Assembly: GCF_000485595.1 (NCBI RefSeq)
Contig: NW_014577068.1
Span: forward strand, 338,379-402,378
From: Priapulus caudatus
Lineage: Eukaryota
Direction of reading: 5' to 3'
DNA: 64,000 bases
Below the pieces are notes generated by a model. That model was given only the letters and a program-made list of their open reading frames with translations. It did not search any database and was not told where the DNA came from. Positions 20,185 to 34,460 of this stretch are shown here, piece by piece (within the stretch, counting starts at the first letter, position 1; every line of letters starts with the position of its first letter). Made by a program: the position numbers and the translations under genes.

Positions 20185-23100
20185 TTCGTATTAAGAATGC
20201 CTGGCTGAACACACAGTGGGGGAAATTTCTAAATTTGAAGAGGAAGTGAATGAGCGATGAGTTCCGTCACGATACTATCGGCCGCCGGTTCCAACAACGT
20301 CAGTTTTACGACTTGGTGGTAATGGCTGCTGGAGGGAGCATCGTTAACATCCAATAAACAAATTAAGCTGTAAACCGATTTCGAGGCCTGACCTTGCGGA
20401 TGTGGTTCTCAACTTTTCTTCTATCGGGGGATATATTGAGATTTGTGCTAGGCAATCCTGTAGTTATCTCTATATTTGATATATTATATACTATATAGCC
20501 ACTAGTTGAGTGCATCTGGGCATATCTGGGTTTCGCCTAAAAATTAATTTATCTGGGACGCCTAAACGATAAGAGTGCTGCCCGAGCAGGTGAAGTACAC
20601 GTGAACTTGCTAACCACTTGTGCAAAGATCTACTCCTGATATAAGTGCAACTCTGGTAGCAACTATTACAACGAGACAAAAGAAAACTTGAATCACCAAT
20701 GTTTGCAACACTTATACATAATTATGCTAACTGTTTATGAACTGGTTATGGTAACTGGTTATGTTATAATGTAAGTACGTTTCGTTCTTGTGCCCAATTG
20801 GCAGTATTAACAGATCAGTGTAGTTGCTGGTAATTGCATTGTTTGTGGTTCCCTCCGTGGTGGGAAAATAGATCGCTGTTATTGCTATCGTGGGCATTGG
20901 CATACTAATCAGTCAGTTAATCGTTTAATAAACGTGTGTGTAGAATACCTGTTGCAAAGCTATAGGTCGTGATTTAAGACAGAATGTCTCTCTCCCATGG
21001 ATGAAACACGTGAATACGATGTAGAAATCGTGAAGAGAAATCCTGATACACGTGGAACTGCAAATGTGTGTTTTTGTGTCATAGCGACCCAGTAGTACTC
21101 ATCAACATGACTGACAGGATTCTATACAAAAAGGTATGTAATCTTCGCTGAATGACTGAATACGTTTGGTATACTAGCTTCCTTACATGTGTGTAGAAAA
21201 TTACTGTCTAGAAATCTTTAGATGCATCTCTTGTGCGCAATGTCTGAGGGCGGGCGGGCGTGCGCGTGCGTGAGTGCGTGGGTGGGTAGGTGCATGCGTG
21301 TTCGTGCGGGTGTACACGTATGCGTATACGCGTATGCAATTATGCATCCATGCAAGGACACGTGCGTCCGTATGTAGTATAATAATAAATGTATGAGTTC
21401 CAATGCATAATTAATGCGTTTAAAGAAATTGAGAAAATGATTTTCCATCTATTAATTTTGTGTGTAGTAACGAATAGCAAGGTTTTGGTTAATGGAACTT
21501 CATTACTAATGGGGGTCGGTGTACTGCTGTTGTAAATTCATCGTCGCAACTGAAGCAGTAATTATAAGAAACGCACGCACTGCGTATATACTGCTGTACA
21601 CTGCTGGCGAGGACGTTGTGTTTCCTCCGTCCACCGTCATCATCGAGTGTTTACAGGTGGTTCAGATTTCAGCCGTTTAGGCGGATTCACGGAGGCTGTG
21701 TCGAATGATGCGCAAGTCTCTCTGATCGCGCCCGGAGTAAGTGGGTGTTGATGACTGTAACGACTAGCCTTACGGGGGGATGGTGCACGCACTACGAGAG
21801 GTTTTTTTTGTCAATGACCAACTGCCGCATATATGTATCATGAGCGCTAGCTGTGAGTTTACTACCGGGCAACCTAGTAATTGCACTTTCGCCAGAAGCA
21901 CGGCTACTGCAACCAGGAGATATGCTAACAAAATAAAAACTTGTTTTTTAGTATTATGGATGAGACAGCGAATCTAGCAAGAAATTCCTAAACACGGTGC
22001 ATAAAAGTCTATAAGTGGCTATTGTATTAGTGGTCCCTGCATTAAGAGTCGGTGCCTTATCGGCCACGCTAGCGTATACACGTGATTTAGAGTTCAGCGA
22101 TACATTCGATTTGCAAGAAATTTTGATATCTGTGAATATTTGTAAAATTTCCTACGAAAAACTTTGTGAACGGAACAGTGACTGGTGAGTTGTTTCTGGA
22201 TAATAGGTCTGTGGCTTGCTGTGTTGGTGGCTCACTCGTTTACTGGTCAATAGAGACGCATTGAGCGACTTCTGAATGGGCACTGCTGCAGGACTCAGGT
22301 TTATTCCATGTGAAAACTGCACTAAAATGTAAATCATTTCGTATTCGTCGGTAGCGATGTATTTTTGTTTGGAGGGATGACTCCACAGCTATAACCGTTA
22401 GTTTATATGGTAGCTAGTCGCAGCTTTGTTGCCATTTACTGAGCGAATACAAACAGTGGGCATCTTGTGTGTAAACAAAAATCGAGGGAAGAGACTACGC
22501 TTGAGCGTATGTATATAGGGTGTCACTGGTATAGCATGGATACGCATGCATGCGTGCCTAGAGGGTGCATTTTTCACGCATGCAAGCGTGATCTATGCAA
22601 ACTACTGCTTAGTTCGGTCAGTCAGATGAGCTGTACGCAATCTCACACAGGTGTGTCATTTTACGCATTATTACCTCTGCGCAAACGGAGGTCATGCAAT
22701 CGCTCGCGTGTGTGTGTGTAGCCACCGCGCGATCGATAGCGCGTCGAGTCAGCGAGTGGCGAGTCAGCAGCAGCCACCAGTAAGCGGCGAGTCAGTAGCA
22801 GGCGAGTCAGTCAGCAGCCGCCACCAGCGAGCACATACATGTTACATGCTCGCGGAGGTATGCACTCTCCGTGAGTGCCCTCTGTCTAGTTGCAGCTGTT
22901 ACTGCATTGCTATAGAAACATAGACACATGATATAGCCTCTTGCCATATCAATCAATATAGCTATGTTATATAATTTTTGTTTTTTTTATTTAATACCCG
23001 ATACTTCCTGTGAGTTTTGATATTTTGCTCGTGATTGGACCTAAAGCTGTGATATAGGTTCCCTAGAAGAAAGTTGCTGTACAAGTGTAGAGAATTAAGT

Positions 23101-23429
23101 GTGTCTTTCATAGCCCTAGCCTAAGATCACCCAAGAAAAATGTGTGAGGATACGGTAACGCGAAAGTGTATAGAAGAATAACACAGCTCGTCAATACAAA
23201 TACAAATCTATTACTAGTTATTCTAATTTCTAAACCTAAGCTGCTGTTAAGCTTGCAGAAAATGGTTAAGCACATAACTTCGGGCTTTCAAGTTAATGAA
23301 AGTGTCAATGACACTATTAGTATAGCTCACCTTGGGTGTGATAGAAGAGGGAGATGATATTTAAAATTTGGCAAGTGTCTCATTTATGACGGACCAAAAT
23401 GTGATCAAATGTTATTCCCTGTTTTATAC

Positions 23430-24359
23430 TAATAGAAATTTCAATGTTTTGTTTCAGGGTTAGTTTTGATGCAAAAATAAATGTTTCAGATCTGAAAGTC
23501 TGAAATCTGGGCGAGAGATGGCGCTACTCCTAAATGATCGCCATTTTGGTTTTCGATTATTGCACAAATAAAAGCAATAAAATATTCCAGTCAAATTACT
23601 GTAACGAAGAATTACACGTAGGTATGATTAGGTAGGTAGGTACTAGGTAGGTAGGTAAATTTAACAAAATCGAATGAATCTAGATGGCCATTTTTATTTT
23701 TGTCAAAAAGTGAGCGTGGCTTGAAAGTAGGTCGACTGGTGTGCTCTAAAATAGGACGTTCAAATCCCTCCCATAGGAGTAACAACTGTATGCAATTTTA
23801 AACATGTGGGTCAAACGGTTCTTGAGTTATCGTTGACCGTATGCAGACACTGAAATGCATATTAAAATTGGCAAAATCTACCTAATTTGCATAATTTAAA
23901 AAAATATTAAAACCCGTGTGATATGTTTTGGGGCCAGTCCTTATTCATTCACATACCAAAAATGAGCAATATCCGTTGAACCTAAACTGGCTTATGGCTA
24001 TTTCCATTTTGGCCAAAAAGTGGGCGTGGCTCGAAAGTAGGTTGACAGGCGTGCTCCAAAATAGGACGTTCAAATCTCTCCCATAGGAGTAACAACTGTA
24101 TGCAATTTTAAACATGTGGCTCAAACGGTTCTTGAGTTATCGTTGCCCGTAGGCAGACACTGAAATGCATAGTGAAATTGGCAAAATCTACCTAATTTGC
24201 ATAATTTAAAAAAAATATCAAAACCCCTTTCAAGTTATCGTTGACTGTAGCCAAATGTTGACGGACGGACGGACGGACGGACGGACGGAAGGACGTACGT
24301 ACGACGGACGACACCCCATGGCAATAGCTCATCTTGACGATGTCAATGTGAGCTAAAAA
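23430..24359 (-). mobile_element. Helentron/HINE-like element with internal ~310-bp tandem duplication
   Basis: (GACG)n microsatellite and AGCTCATCTTGACGATGTCAATGTGAGCTAAAAA end; 23705-23915 is repeated at 24015-24225. Confidence 0.7.
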
Positions 24360-25549
24360 TTGAGTCGTTGGTGTGTGTGTGTGGGGGGGGGGTGCATCGG
24401 TCAGCCTGGAAAATGTATTATGTATAGATTTCGGATTCTATTTTACTTATTCGGGATTATATCTGCCATAGATAAATCATAGTGCAACCTTCGCGATTCA
24501 CAGCTTCTTGTTCATATATACGTATAGATACGACAGATCTGTGTAGTAAGGGCCTTGTGGAGGATGGCATCCGTGACAGCCAGGGCAAGATACGAGGTTG
24601 GCTAGCTTGGATGGATGCTAGCTTGGATGGATTGGCAGCGTCACTCCCTAGTGCTTTTACGTACCTGTAAGATGCCTGGGATGCCTTCACTGAATTGACG
24701 CTGCTAATCTGATAACCAGCCATGCAGATAAGTTAATGTAGGACAGCACGTGACGTGCTAGTCACGTGTCTCGTTATTGATTCCCTCCCGTAGCTGTGTT
24801 TGCGAGAGACGTGGACCCGGCCACGTCATCACGTCACTGAATTGTGCAGCACAGCCGCTGCAGCTGAGTCAGCGGGGAACACGTGGCAGCTGCGATGCTG
24901 CTGCTGCTGTCTATTATGGCGTTGCCATGGTTGCAAGGAACCGCCTGCATATTTGTTGCCGTATATATTTTCGCCGCGTTCAGGTGGGCTTCCCTAGCGT
25001 GGGATTTGCTGGTTTACTCGCGGATAGACGGAGATGCGAAGGATATTACATGTTTAGATGTATACACATGTGTAAGGAGGCGAATGAGGTCGTATTGCAG
25101 CGTGACATAATGTAACGGTGAGGAATAAGATAACGCAATACGATATTTGATAATTATGGATTATTAGAAGATAAACATACAACTTGCCAGCCTACAAAGG
25201 GTGCTTTGTCTTTTTACCTGTTCGTAAGGTGGATCGTGATGTCCATGGCTATATCATATTGATAGTTTGTGAAGTGAACCGATGCGTGTATGTATTGATT
25301 AGGACGTTTGAAGATTGTTCATCCTGCTGAAACGCCGCATCATCACCCACCTTGATAATTACCTGGGTGATTATCGTAGAGCAACTGACAATTATTGTTT
25401 TCATCAGATGGCACAGCGTTCTATCTGGGTGTATTAGACTGAATTGCAGGATTCGGTTCTGTTTGTACATCCATCAGAGGCGTCAGCGGAGGGCAGCAGA
25501 CTAGGCCTAATCCCACAGTTACTGCCCTTGCCACCAAAGTTGCCAGTAG

Positions 25550-25900
25550 AAGAAAATGAGCTGGCTAGGCCTTTCATCTTGGCATACCTACGATCACTAT
25601 GTGCACTAGGCGAGACTTCCAACGTGTAGTATGCCATTTTGATAATATATGCATGGGCTGCTCATAATTTGAGTCATAGGTGCTGTTGATGTTGAGTGTG
25701 GGTAAATATGTGCGTGCCCACAGCCAGCTGTCGCCATTTCACAGCCATTGTGCATGCAAGTAACATGTTAGGGTACTAGCTTACACCGGACCGAACCTTG
25801 TTGGTGTGCTAGTGGTGATAGAGTTTGACGTTGAACTTAACTCGAATAATTAGTTGCGAGTGTCCCATCAGCATCCCATCGCGCATGTACAATGTCTGTG
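25550..25900 (-). pseudogene. Decayed Gypsy/Ty3 integrase N-terminal fragment
   Basis: Broken-frame peptides LYMRDGMLMGHSQLIIR...LYH and HSDRRYAKMKGLASSF resemble the L..DG.L..G.RVIIP...LH / H.G..KMK.LARS integrase region. Confidence 0.4.
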
Positions 25901-27084
25901 GGTGATATGTGTGACCAACGTAGACCACAACGACTAGAAGCGAAGGAGTAAAGCCTGTGATCACGTTTAAAGTTGTGTGTATCTCTGTCGTACTACGTAA
26001 AACATGAGCAGCGTCGGGGATCGAGAATGGATGCACTTTGACCCAAGTCAGATGATGGTTTTCTACAGAGCCGATCGAACAAGGGCTTCGTTCCGACGGC
26101 TAAAACAGGTAACCATTGCAAACTGTCCATGAATTTCGAATACATGCCACATTCATGCGTTTCATCGTTGCAAATGCTTTGAACACCCTTCACGACTTCC
26201 CAAGGACAGCATGTATAGCTTTTATCATTTATTACAATTAACTCGTACGACGTTCTTTGCACTGTATATATGTATAGTGATAATATTTATCATGCTTGAT
26301 ATTAAAGCCAAAATACTCGGTGTCCTTATTGGAATTTCTCAGCAGGAGAGCCACACAGCGACTACGATAGCTCTGCTAGCATAGTTGGCCTAAATGTGCG
26401 TGTAATTTGAATTAATGTGAATTTTGTTACCCAGTGACACACATCGTTGAATGTAAAGTAGGCATTGTGAAAAGCGCATTGTAGGCGGTATACGGTATAA
26501 TTAGTGGAATAATGCAGGCACGTGCTTCACACTGTAAGTTATTATTCGTCTTGACAGTGATGAGGTGAGCGTGTATGATGTATGTCTTGAAGCTATGAAA
26601 TGTATTATTATGTTTCTGTCTTCAACAAGGTAAGGTCCAACTACGACCTAGCGTAGGCTTTATACTTATTGGATTCCTTTTGGGTCTTCACAAAAGAATA
26701 ATCTCACCATAAATATAGTGTGTCACTGCGATTGACATCTCAAAGCACTGTGTATGCATGACAGCTAGTGGCTGCATGAATAGACGTTAGATATTCTAAC
26801 TCTTGACTCGTAGTTATTGTACTTATTATAGTAGAGGAATTTCTCAGCCTAGGCCGATGACAAGTACGGTGACAATATGGTAATTTGACCTGTTTGTTGA
26901 ATGTTCGGTACCTCTCCAAAATGTCCTCCAAAATATATGCCATGAAACTATTGTTGAATCTATAAGTAGGTCCTTGAAGGTCAGCTGGCCTTGGAAAAAA
27001 ATGAGTGCCCAACCATTGGTAATATCACGTTCTAAGGGTGTCAGCAAGCCAGTGGTAAAGTGTTCACTGTGATTTGTGGATAGT

Positions 27085-27101
27085 GTATGTGCGCGCGTGC
27101 G

Positions 27102-27163
<62 letters not shown>

Positions 27164-27230
27164 TGTGTGTGCGCGTGCGTGCGTGCGTGTGTTGTATGTG
27201 CGTGTATGTGCGCGCGCGTGTGTGTGTGTG
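27085..27230. repeat. (GT)n/(GTGC)n compound microsatellite
   Basis: Directly visible. Confidence 0.95.
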
Positions 27231-28287
27231 GTGATTGTGGATCTTTGAGATCACCTGTATAATAAATTAGATCTTTCCAAACGACGAACTTTTTCTACCT
27301 AAAAAAGAGGCATGAGGAAGCAATGTCTGATTTTATTAGAGGGTCTAATTCGCATTAAAAACTACACTAACAGGCAAATCATTCGGATCACTCCGTTCTG
27401 GTTAGCTTGATGAGCTTTCATGAAATTCCACTTAACACGCTGTTTTCCGTTCAACATGCCCTGCTTTCTTGCTAAATCGGCTAACTATTGATTGGATGGA
27501 TGCCATTTCTGTGCATGGATGCAGCCAGAACATAGAGGAGGGAGGCGGCACTTGCTGCTGCTGCTGCTGCTGCCATGCCCATACGGCTGGTAACTGCTAG
27601 CGTTGATTGTGGGTTGGTGCGCTCGCTGCTGCATCTGGCTGCAACAAATAACAATTCGTATTGTAATATGATGCGACGTTCAGCAGCATTTCAACCGTGA
27701 CTAGTGGTGGTGTTCTCCTTCTAGTGTCTAGCGTCAAATAGTATCTCGCCGAATTCTGTCAACTGTCTTCTGTAAAACTGTCAAACGTCAGTCCGTCACA
27801 GCCGACAGTGTTGGTTTGTCTGGCACGGCTAAACACGAGCGTGTATATATATTTGTAAGTGCTCGATAGCGCATGCGCGTAAAGGCGGTGACGGGGGCTA
27901 CAGTATACACAAGCGTTCTGCTGTCGTCGATGGAATCTCGCGGCCTCGCGTGTGTGTTTCTGTGTCGCGGCTCCGTCGTACATCGGGCAGCTATTAGTAG
28001 CTTTTACGCAATCGCACACAACGTACTTATGCATCTGGGGCGGAGCTTCATCCCGTGATTCATCGTAACCCGTGATTTATTTCATCGACGTGATCAAAAC
28101 GCCGTCGTTACACGTGTTGAGAGCGCACTACTGTGTGAGCGCGTGTATGTGTGCGTCCGTGCGTGCTTACGCGTTTGTGTGTATCATCGTGTGGGTCTAA
28201 TCATCGTGCAGATCGCGTTGCCAAGGTCCAGAACATCGTAAGAAGTAATTCGCCATCTGAGGAAATTCAATGCTAGACTGAGAAAGT

Positions 28288-28341
<54 letters not shown>
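28288..28341. repeat. (GTC)n microsatellite
   Basis: Directly visible. Confidence 0.95.
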
Positions 28342-30204
28342 TGTGCAGCACGGGAGTGTCTCGCTGCCGACGTTGACACACGCGCACACGTGTCGCTGGA
28401 AGTTCTGGTGCATTGTTCGGACGGATGTTAATCTTCAATCACAACCGCGTGTCAACGTAATGACGCCGTCATGGCGGATACTGCTGTCTTCTCGGCGGTT
28501 GCGCGTGTGCACCGTTAGCAGTGTGGCCAGTATCTGTACGTGTTGAGTTGTAGTTCTTTGAGGAAGAGTGCGTGTGCTCGTGAGATATCAGAGCGATTAT
28601 GTGCGATTAACAGTGCTATAGGTGAGTGATGATGGATTCTTGATGGCTGTATTCGCTAGTGTGTGAATATTCGGTGTTGATGCACGAAAAGATAAAATGA
28701 CGTCTTATCAATATACTCTATCGAAGTAGCATTCGAAGGAAGAAAGCAGAAAGAAAGTTTCTGGTTCTTAGGTGCCGCAGTGGTACAGTGACAGTCACTG
28801 CCACTGTCTCGTCAACTAAAACATAGGTCGTGCTTATGGTAGAGTTCCTAATATCAACTACAAACCTACGTGTTTTAAAATAATGTTGCTGTGTCGTGTA
28901 ACCACAGGTTGACAGTCTGCGATTGGACTTTTATTCGATATCTGTAACTCTCATTGTCTGGAATTTTTGTTTGTTTTGGGGATGACATCGGTGAAGTGGT
29001 GTTGAAACCCATACATTTTTAATGGCGTGGCGCTTACTCATGTTGTGGCTAAGGACTCAGTTGCATCGTTCCTGATACGCGAAGAGACTTGTTTGTATAG
29101 CAGCACTCGTTATTACGCTTTTAGGCGTTCGTATGTGTGCTCGCCTATGATAATTCCATGAATCATCGGCATGAATACACATAACGAATCTTAAAGTGTG
29201 ACGTGGCTGGGGGGGGGGATAAACCTGTACATCCATGCAAATACAGACAACTATTTGTGAAGTTTGAGGTATCGCGCACTTACCTCTAGCGTTTGAAACC
29301 CTTTAGCACCTGGCCCCCATGCAGATGTAGCGGCAATCTCCCATCTACTACCTCTCACTGGTGCAGATGGGGTGCGTTGGTTATGGAAAGGCATTTTGTA
29401 GCCAAAAAGCATTAAAACCTAGTTTTTAGACCTTAAAACCGGGTTTTAAGAGCTTAAAAGCCGGTTTAAGGGTCTAAAACTAGGTTTTAAAGGTCTAAAA
29501 CTAGTTTTAAGCTCTTTAAAACCTCAGTTTTTAAGCCATAAAACGGGTTAATTAGACCTTAAAACCACTGTTTTAGAGGTCTAAAACTAGGAATTACGCC
29601 TAAAACTAGGTATTAAGACCTTTGAAATTCCGGGTTTTAGAAGCCTTAAAACCTAGTTTTAGACCTTGAAAACAAGGTTTGTTAAGACCCTTAAAACCTG
29701 GTATTTTAAGTATAATACCGGTTTTATGGCTTAAAACTAGGTTTTAAGAGCTTAAACTAGTTGTAAGCTGCTCGGACATGGAAAGCTTTTTTACCAAAGC
29801 GTAAAAAGCTAGTTTTAAAGCTCTAAACCGGTTTTAAGGTCTTAAAGACTAGGTTTTAAGTCTAAAACTAGGTTTAAAGTGCTAAAACCCGGATTAAGCT
29901 CTTAATACTTAGTTTTAGAGCGTAAAACGTTGGTTTTAGACCTTAACCCGGCGGTATTTAAGAGCTTAAAAACCGGGTTTAAGCCTAAAACGCTAGTTTT
30001 ATACACTTAAAACCGGGTTTTAAGAGCTTAAACCTGGTTTTTAGACGTAAAACCGGGGTATTTATAGAGCTCTAAAAACTAGGTGTTTAACGCCGCTTAA
30101 CCCCAGAGGCATATGTAGCGCTCCGTAGAATTGGCTAGCAGTTTGCCCTTATGGCTAGTTTCTGCGGGACTGCAATACAAGTTTCTGGCGAGAAACGAAC
30201 AAAG

Positions 30205-33200
30205 GAGGGAGAAGCTGGTGGAGAAGGAGGGAGGGGAGAAGCTGGTGGAGGGAAAGGAAGAGGGGAAGAAGGAGGGGAGAAGGGAGCTGGTGGAGGAGGA
30301 GGGGATGAAGGGAAGACAGCTGGTCGAGAAGGCCCGCAGAGGGGGAGAAGGGATCGAGAAGCTGGTGAGGAGGAGGGGGTAGACACGACTGGTGGGGAGA
30401 AAAGGAGGGGGGAGAAGCTAGGTGATGAAGAAGAGGGGGAGGAAGCTGGTGGAGAAGGAGAGTGGGAGAAGAGGAGAAGCTGGTGGAGAAAGGAGGAAAT
30501 GGAGAAGACTGGATGGAAGAAGAGAGGAGGGAGAAAAAGGAGACTTGGTGGACGAAGGAGCGAGATGGAGAAGCTGGTGGACGATGAGGAAGGGGAGACA
30601 GGGAGAAGAGTGGGTGGAGGAGGAGGAGAAGAAGTTGGGAGAAGGCAGGAGGGGGATGAAGCCTGGTTGCCACTCTCCCGCTTCCTCTTCGCACCAAGCT
30701 TCTGCCCTTCCTCCTTCCCATTCTCCACCAGCTCTCATCCCTGCCTCGCTTCTCCACAGACTTCTCCCTTCTCTCCCGGGTCCGTCCATTTACCCACGAG
30801 CTTCTCACCACGCTCCTCCTTCTTCACCAGCTTCTCCGCTTCTCACCCCTCCTCCTTCCTCCACCACGCTTGCTCCCCCTCCTCCTCCTTGCTCGCCCTT
30901 CCCTCCTTCTGCCACACCAGCTTCTCCATCGCTCCTTACTCCACCAAAACTTCTCCTTTCTCCCGCTCTCCTCCTTCTCCGACCAGCTTCTCTCCCATTC
31001 GCTTCTTCTCGCACACAGAGCTTCTCGCCCCTCCTCCTTCTCCACCAGCTTCTCCCTCTCCTTCTCCACCACTTCACTCAGCCCTACCTCGCTTGACTGC
31101 CACCACAGCTTCTCCCCCTCCTGCCTTCTGCCACCAGCTTCTCCCCCTGCCTCCTTCTCGTCTTCCTTCTCCCTTCTGCCCCTTCCTCCTTCTCGGCAAC
31201 CTAGCTTCTCCGCGCCCTCCTTCTCAGGCCACCGGGACCTCTCCTGCTTCTCCCTTCTCCCTTCGGCTCCAACCATGTAGACCAGCTGTCTCTCTCGACC
31301 GCCTCATTCTCCCACCCAGCTACTCCTTCTCCCCCCTCCTCACTTTCCCTCCAACAGCTCTGCCCATCCTCGCTTCTCCACCAGCTTCTCCCCCTCCTCC
31401 TTCTCCCTTCTCCCCTTCCTCCTTCATGCCGGCCTAGCTTATCTCTCCCTTCTTCTCGCCGGCGCGACCTTCTCCCTTCTCCCCTATCCCTCCTGTCTGC
31501 CACCAGCTTCTGTCTCCCACCTCCTCCTATCTCCGCCACCTTCCTCCCTCTTCGCTTCCTCTTGCTCACCGAGCTTCTCCCCTCCTTCCTTCTCCACTCC
31601 AGCGTCTCCCGCCGCCTCCTCCTTCTCCCACCGAAGCTTCTCGCGCCCTCCATCCTTGCTTCCCACCAGCTTAGCTCATTTCTCCCGCTCCTCTTCTTCC
31701 ACCAGCGGTTCCGCTCCGTCCTCCGTTCTCCACCAACTCCGACTTTCCCTTCTCCCCTTCTCCTCCACCAGTTTCTGCGCGCCCTTCACTCCTCCCGCAC
31801 CTTCTCCCTTCCGTCTTTTCTCACACCAGCGTTCTCCGCCTCGTTCCTTCTTCACACAGCTCTCCTTTCTCGGCCCTCCTGCCTTCTCCACCCGTCTCGC
31901 CCTCCTCCTTCTCCACCAGCGTCTCGGCCCTCCTCCTTACTGCTGCCACCAGCTTCTCGCCGCCTCCCTCCGTCTCCACGCCACGCTTCTCATTTCTCGC
32001 CGCCTCCTCCCTTCATCAGACACAGCCTTCTTCCTCTCTCGCTGACCTATCTGCCACCACGCTTTCCTTCTCCCTTCTGCCCCACCAGTTTCTCAAGCTC
32101 CTCCTCCTCAGCCATCCGGGCGAGCTCTGCCTTCTCCCCTTCCTCCTTCTCCACGCAGCTCTCTTCGCCTCCTCATTTCCACGCAGCTTCTCCCTTCGGT
32201 CCCGCTCCTACCTTCTCCAACAGTTCTCCCTCCTACTTCTCCACCAGCTTCTCCCCTCCTCGCTTCTCCCTTCCGCCCTTCTCCTTCGCCGCGCGCCCAG
32301 CCTTCTCCCTCCTTTCCCCACCTTCTCCTTCTCCTCCTCCTTCTCACCAGCTTCTTCCCTCCTCCCTTCTCCGGCACCATCTCCGCTTCTTCCCTTCGCT
32401 CTTTCCCTCCCACCACGCCCGGCCCCGCCTCTTGACCAGACCCAGCTTCTCCTTTTCTCCCCTTCCCCCTTCTCCCCCCGGCGCAGCTCTCTCCCCTCAT
32501 TACCTTCTCGCGCCAACCTCTTCCTCCCCTTCTCTCACGCTTACGCCTTCCTTCTCGCACAGCTTCTCGCCCTCGCTCAACTTCTCAGATGCAGACACCA
32601 ACGATTCTCACTTTTCTCCGCTTCCTCGCTTCTCACCAGCTTCTCCCTCCTTCCTTCTCCACTCACGCGTCTCACACCTCCTCCTTCCTCGAGAGCCCAG
32701 CTTTTCCCCTCAGCCCTTCTGCCTACCGAGCTTCTCATTTCTCCGCCTGCCTACGCTTCCTCTCACCCAGCTTCTCCTCTCGCCTTCCTTCTCGTCCACC
32801 TACCGCTTTTCCCTGTCTCCCTTCCTCGGCTGCGCAACGCAGTTTCTCCCCTTCACTCCTCTCACGACCCTTCTCTACCTTCTTTTCTTCGCCCTCTTTG
32901 CTCCACCAGCTCTCCCTGCCTCCCTTCTTCACCAGCTTGCTCCTTTCTCCCTTCTCCTTCCTCACAAGCGCTTTCTCCCTCCTCCTTCTCCAGCCAGCGA
33001 TCCCCCGCTCCTTCTTACTCTGCACCAGCTTCTCGCCCCTCCTGGCCTTTTTCTCCCCAGCTTCTCATTTCTCCCGCCTCTCTTTCTCGCACCAGCTTCT
33101 CCTCTCCAATACCTTCTCCACCACCTTTCCCTTCTCCCCTTCCTCCTCCACCAGTTTCTCCCCTTCCTCCTACCACGCACCTTTCTACTTCTCCCGCTTC

Positions 33201-33990
33201 TCCCTTCCTGCCACCAGCTTCTCCCCTCCTTCTCTGCCACCTTCTCCGCTTCTCCCCTTCCTCCTTCTCCACCCAGTCATGTTCTCCCGCTCCTCGTCCT
33301 TTCTTCGCGCACCTTCTCTTTTCTTCCCATTCATCTTTCCTCCAACACCAAGCTTCTCGCCCCTCCTCCTTCTCCACCAGCTTCTCATTTCTGCCCGCCT
33401 TCGCTCCTTCTCGCACCAGCTTCTCTCCGCTCTCCTCCTTCTGCCACACCTTTTTTCCCTTCTCGGCCCTTCGCTCGCTCCACAGTTTATCTCCCCCTTC
33501 CTCCTCCACCACCATCTGCGCCCTTCTTCCCTTTGCCTCTTTCTTCCACCCAGCTTCTCACCTCCTCCTTCTTCACCAGCTTCTCCTGTTCTCGCCGACT
33601 TCCTCCTCGGCACAGCTTTCTCGCCTCCTCATTCTCCACCAGCGTTCTCCCTTCTCCCCCTCCTCCTATCTCGTCATCCAGCCTTCTCTCCGCCTCCACT
33701 CCTTCTCCACCCAGCTTCTCCTTCCTGGCCCTCCTTCCTGCCTTCTCCACGACAGCCGGTCTCCCCTCCCTCCTTCTCCGCGCCGCAACCAGCTTCTCAC
33801 CCGCACTCCTGCCTCCACCAGCTTCTCGATCGCTTCTCCCCCTCCTTCTGCGACCAGGCTTCTCCCTTCTCCCCCTACACCCTCCTCCAGCCAGCTCCCT
33901 TCTCCCCCTGGCCTTCTTACCCCCGTTCTTACCTTTCTGCCACCAGTTCTTCCCCTCCTCTTCTCCACGCAGCATTCCTTCCCCTCCTCG
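30205..33990. repeat. 26-bp minisatellite (CTTCTCCACCAGCTTCTCCCCTCCTC) that flips orientation at ~30665
   Basis: Purine-rich 30205-30660, pyrimidine-rich 30670-33990. Confidence 0.9.
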
Positions 33991-34165
33991 TTTCGATTTC
34001 GCCGGGCGCGGCAGACGTGTTCGCAGTCCGCGCGAAGACATAGCATTGAGCAAAGACTAGCCGAATCAGGAGCTGAAACAATGCCTCGGGAAGGCGTAAG
34101 TAAACCGCTAGGTTTAAAAGTCTTAAAACAGGTCCTGGCTTTTAAGACTCTTAAAACCTGGTTAA

Positions 34166-34170
34166 TTTTT

Positions 34171-34235
<65 letters not shown>

Positions 34236-34257
34236 TTTTTTTTTTTTTTTTTTTTTT

Positions 34258-34312
<55 letters not shown>

Positions 34313-34386
34313 TTTTTTTTTTTTTTTTATTTTTTTTTTTTTTTTTTTGTTTTTTTTTTTTTTTTTTTTGTTTTTTTTTTTTTTCT

Positions 34387-34417
<31 letters not shown>

Positions 34418-34460
34418 CTGTTTTTTTTGTTTTTTTTTTTTTTTTTTTGTTTTTTTATGT
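34166..34460. repeat. ~300-bp poly(T) tract
   Basis: Directly visible; may be a sequencing artefact. Confidence 0.9.

Noticed and set aside
30131..34060. Long ORFs (832 aa, 484 aa, 428 aa and others)
   Set aside because: Translations of a stop-poor 26-bp minisatellite that are open in many frames on both strands; no domain signal.
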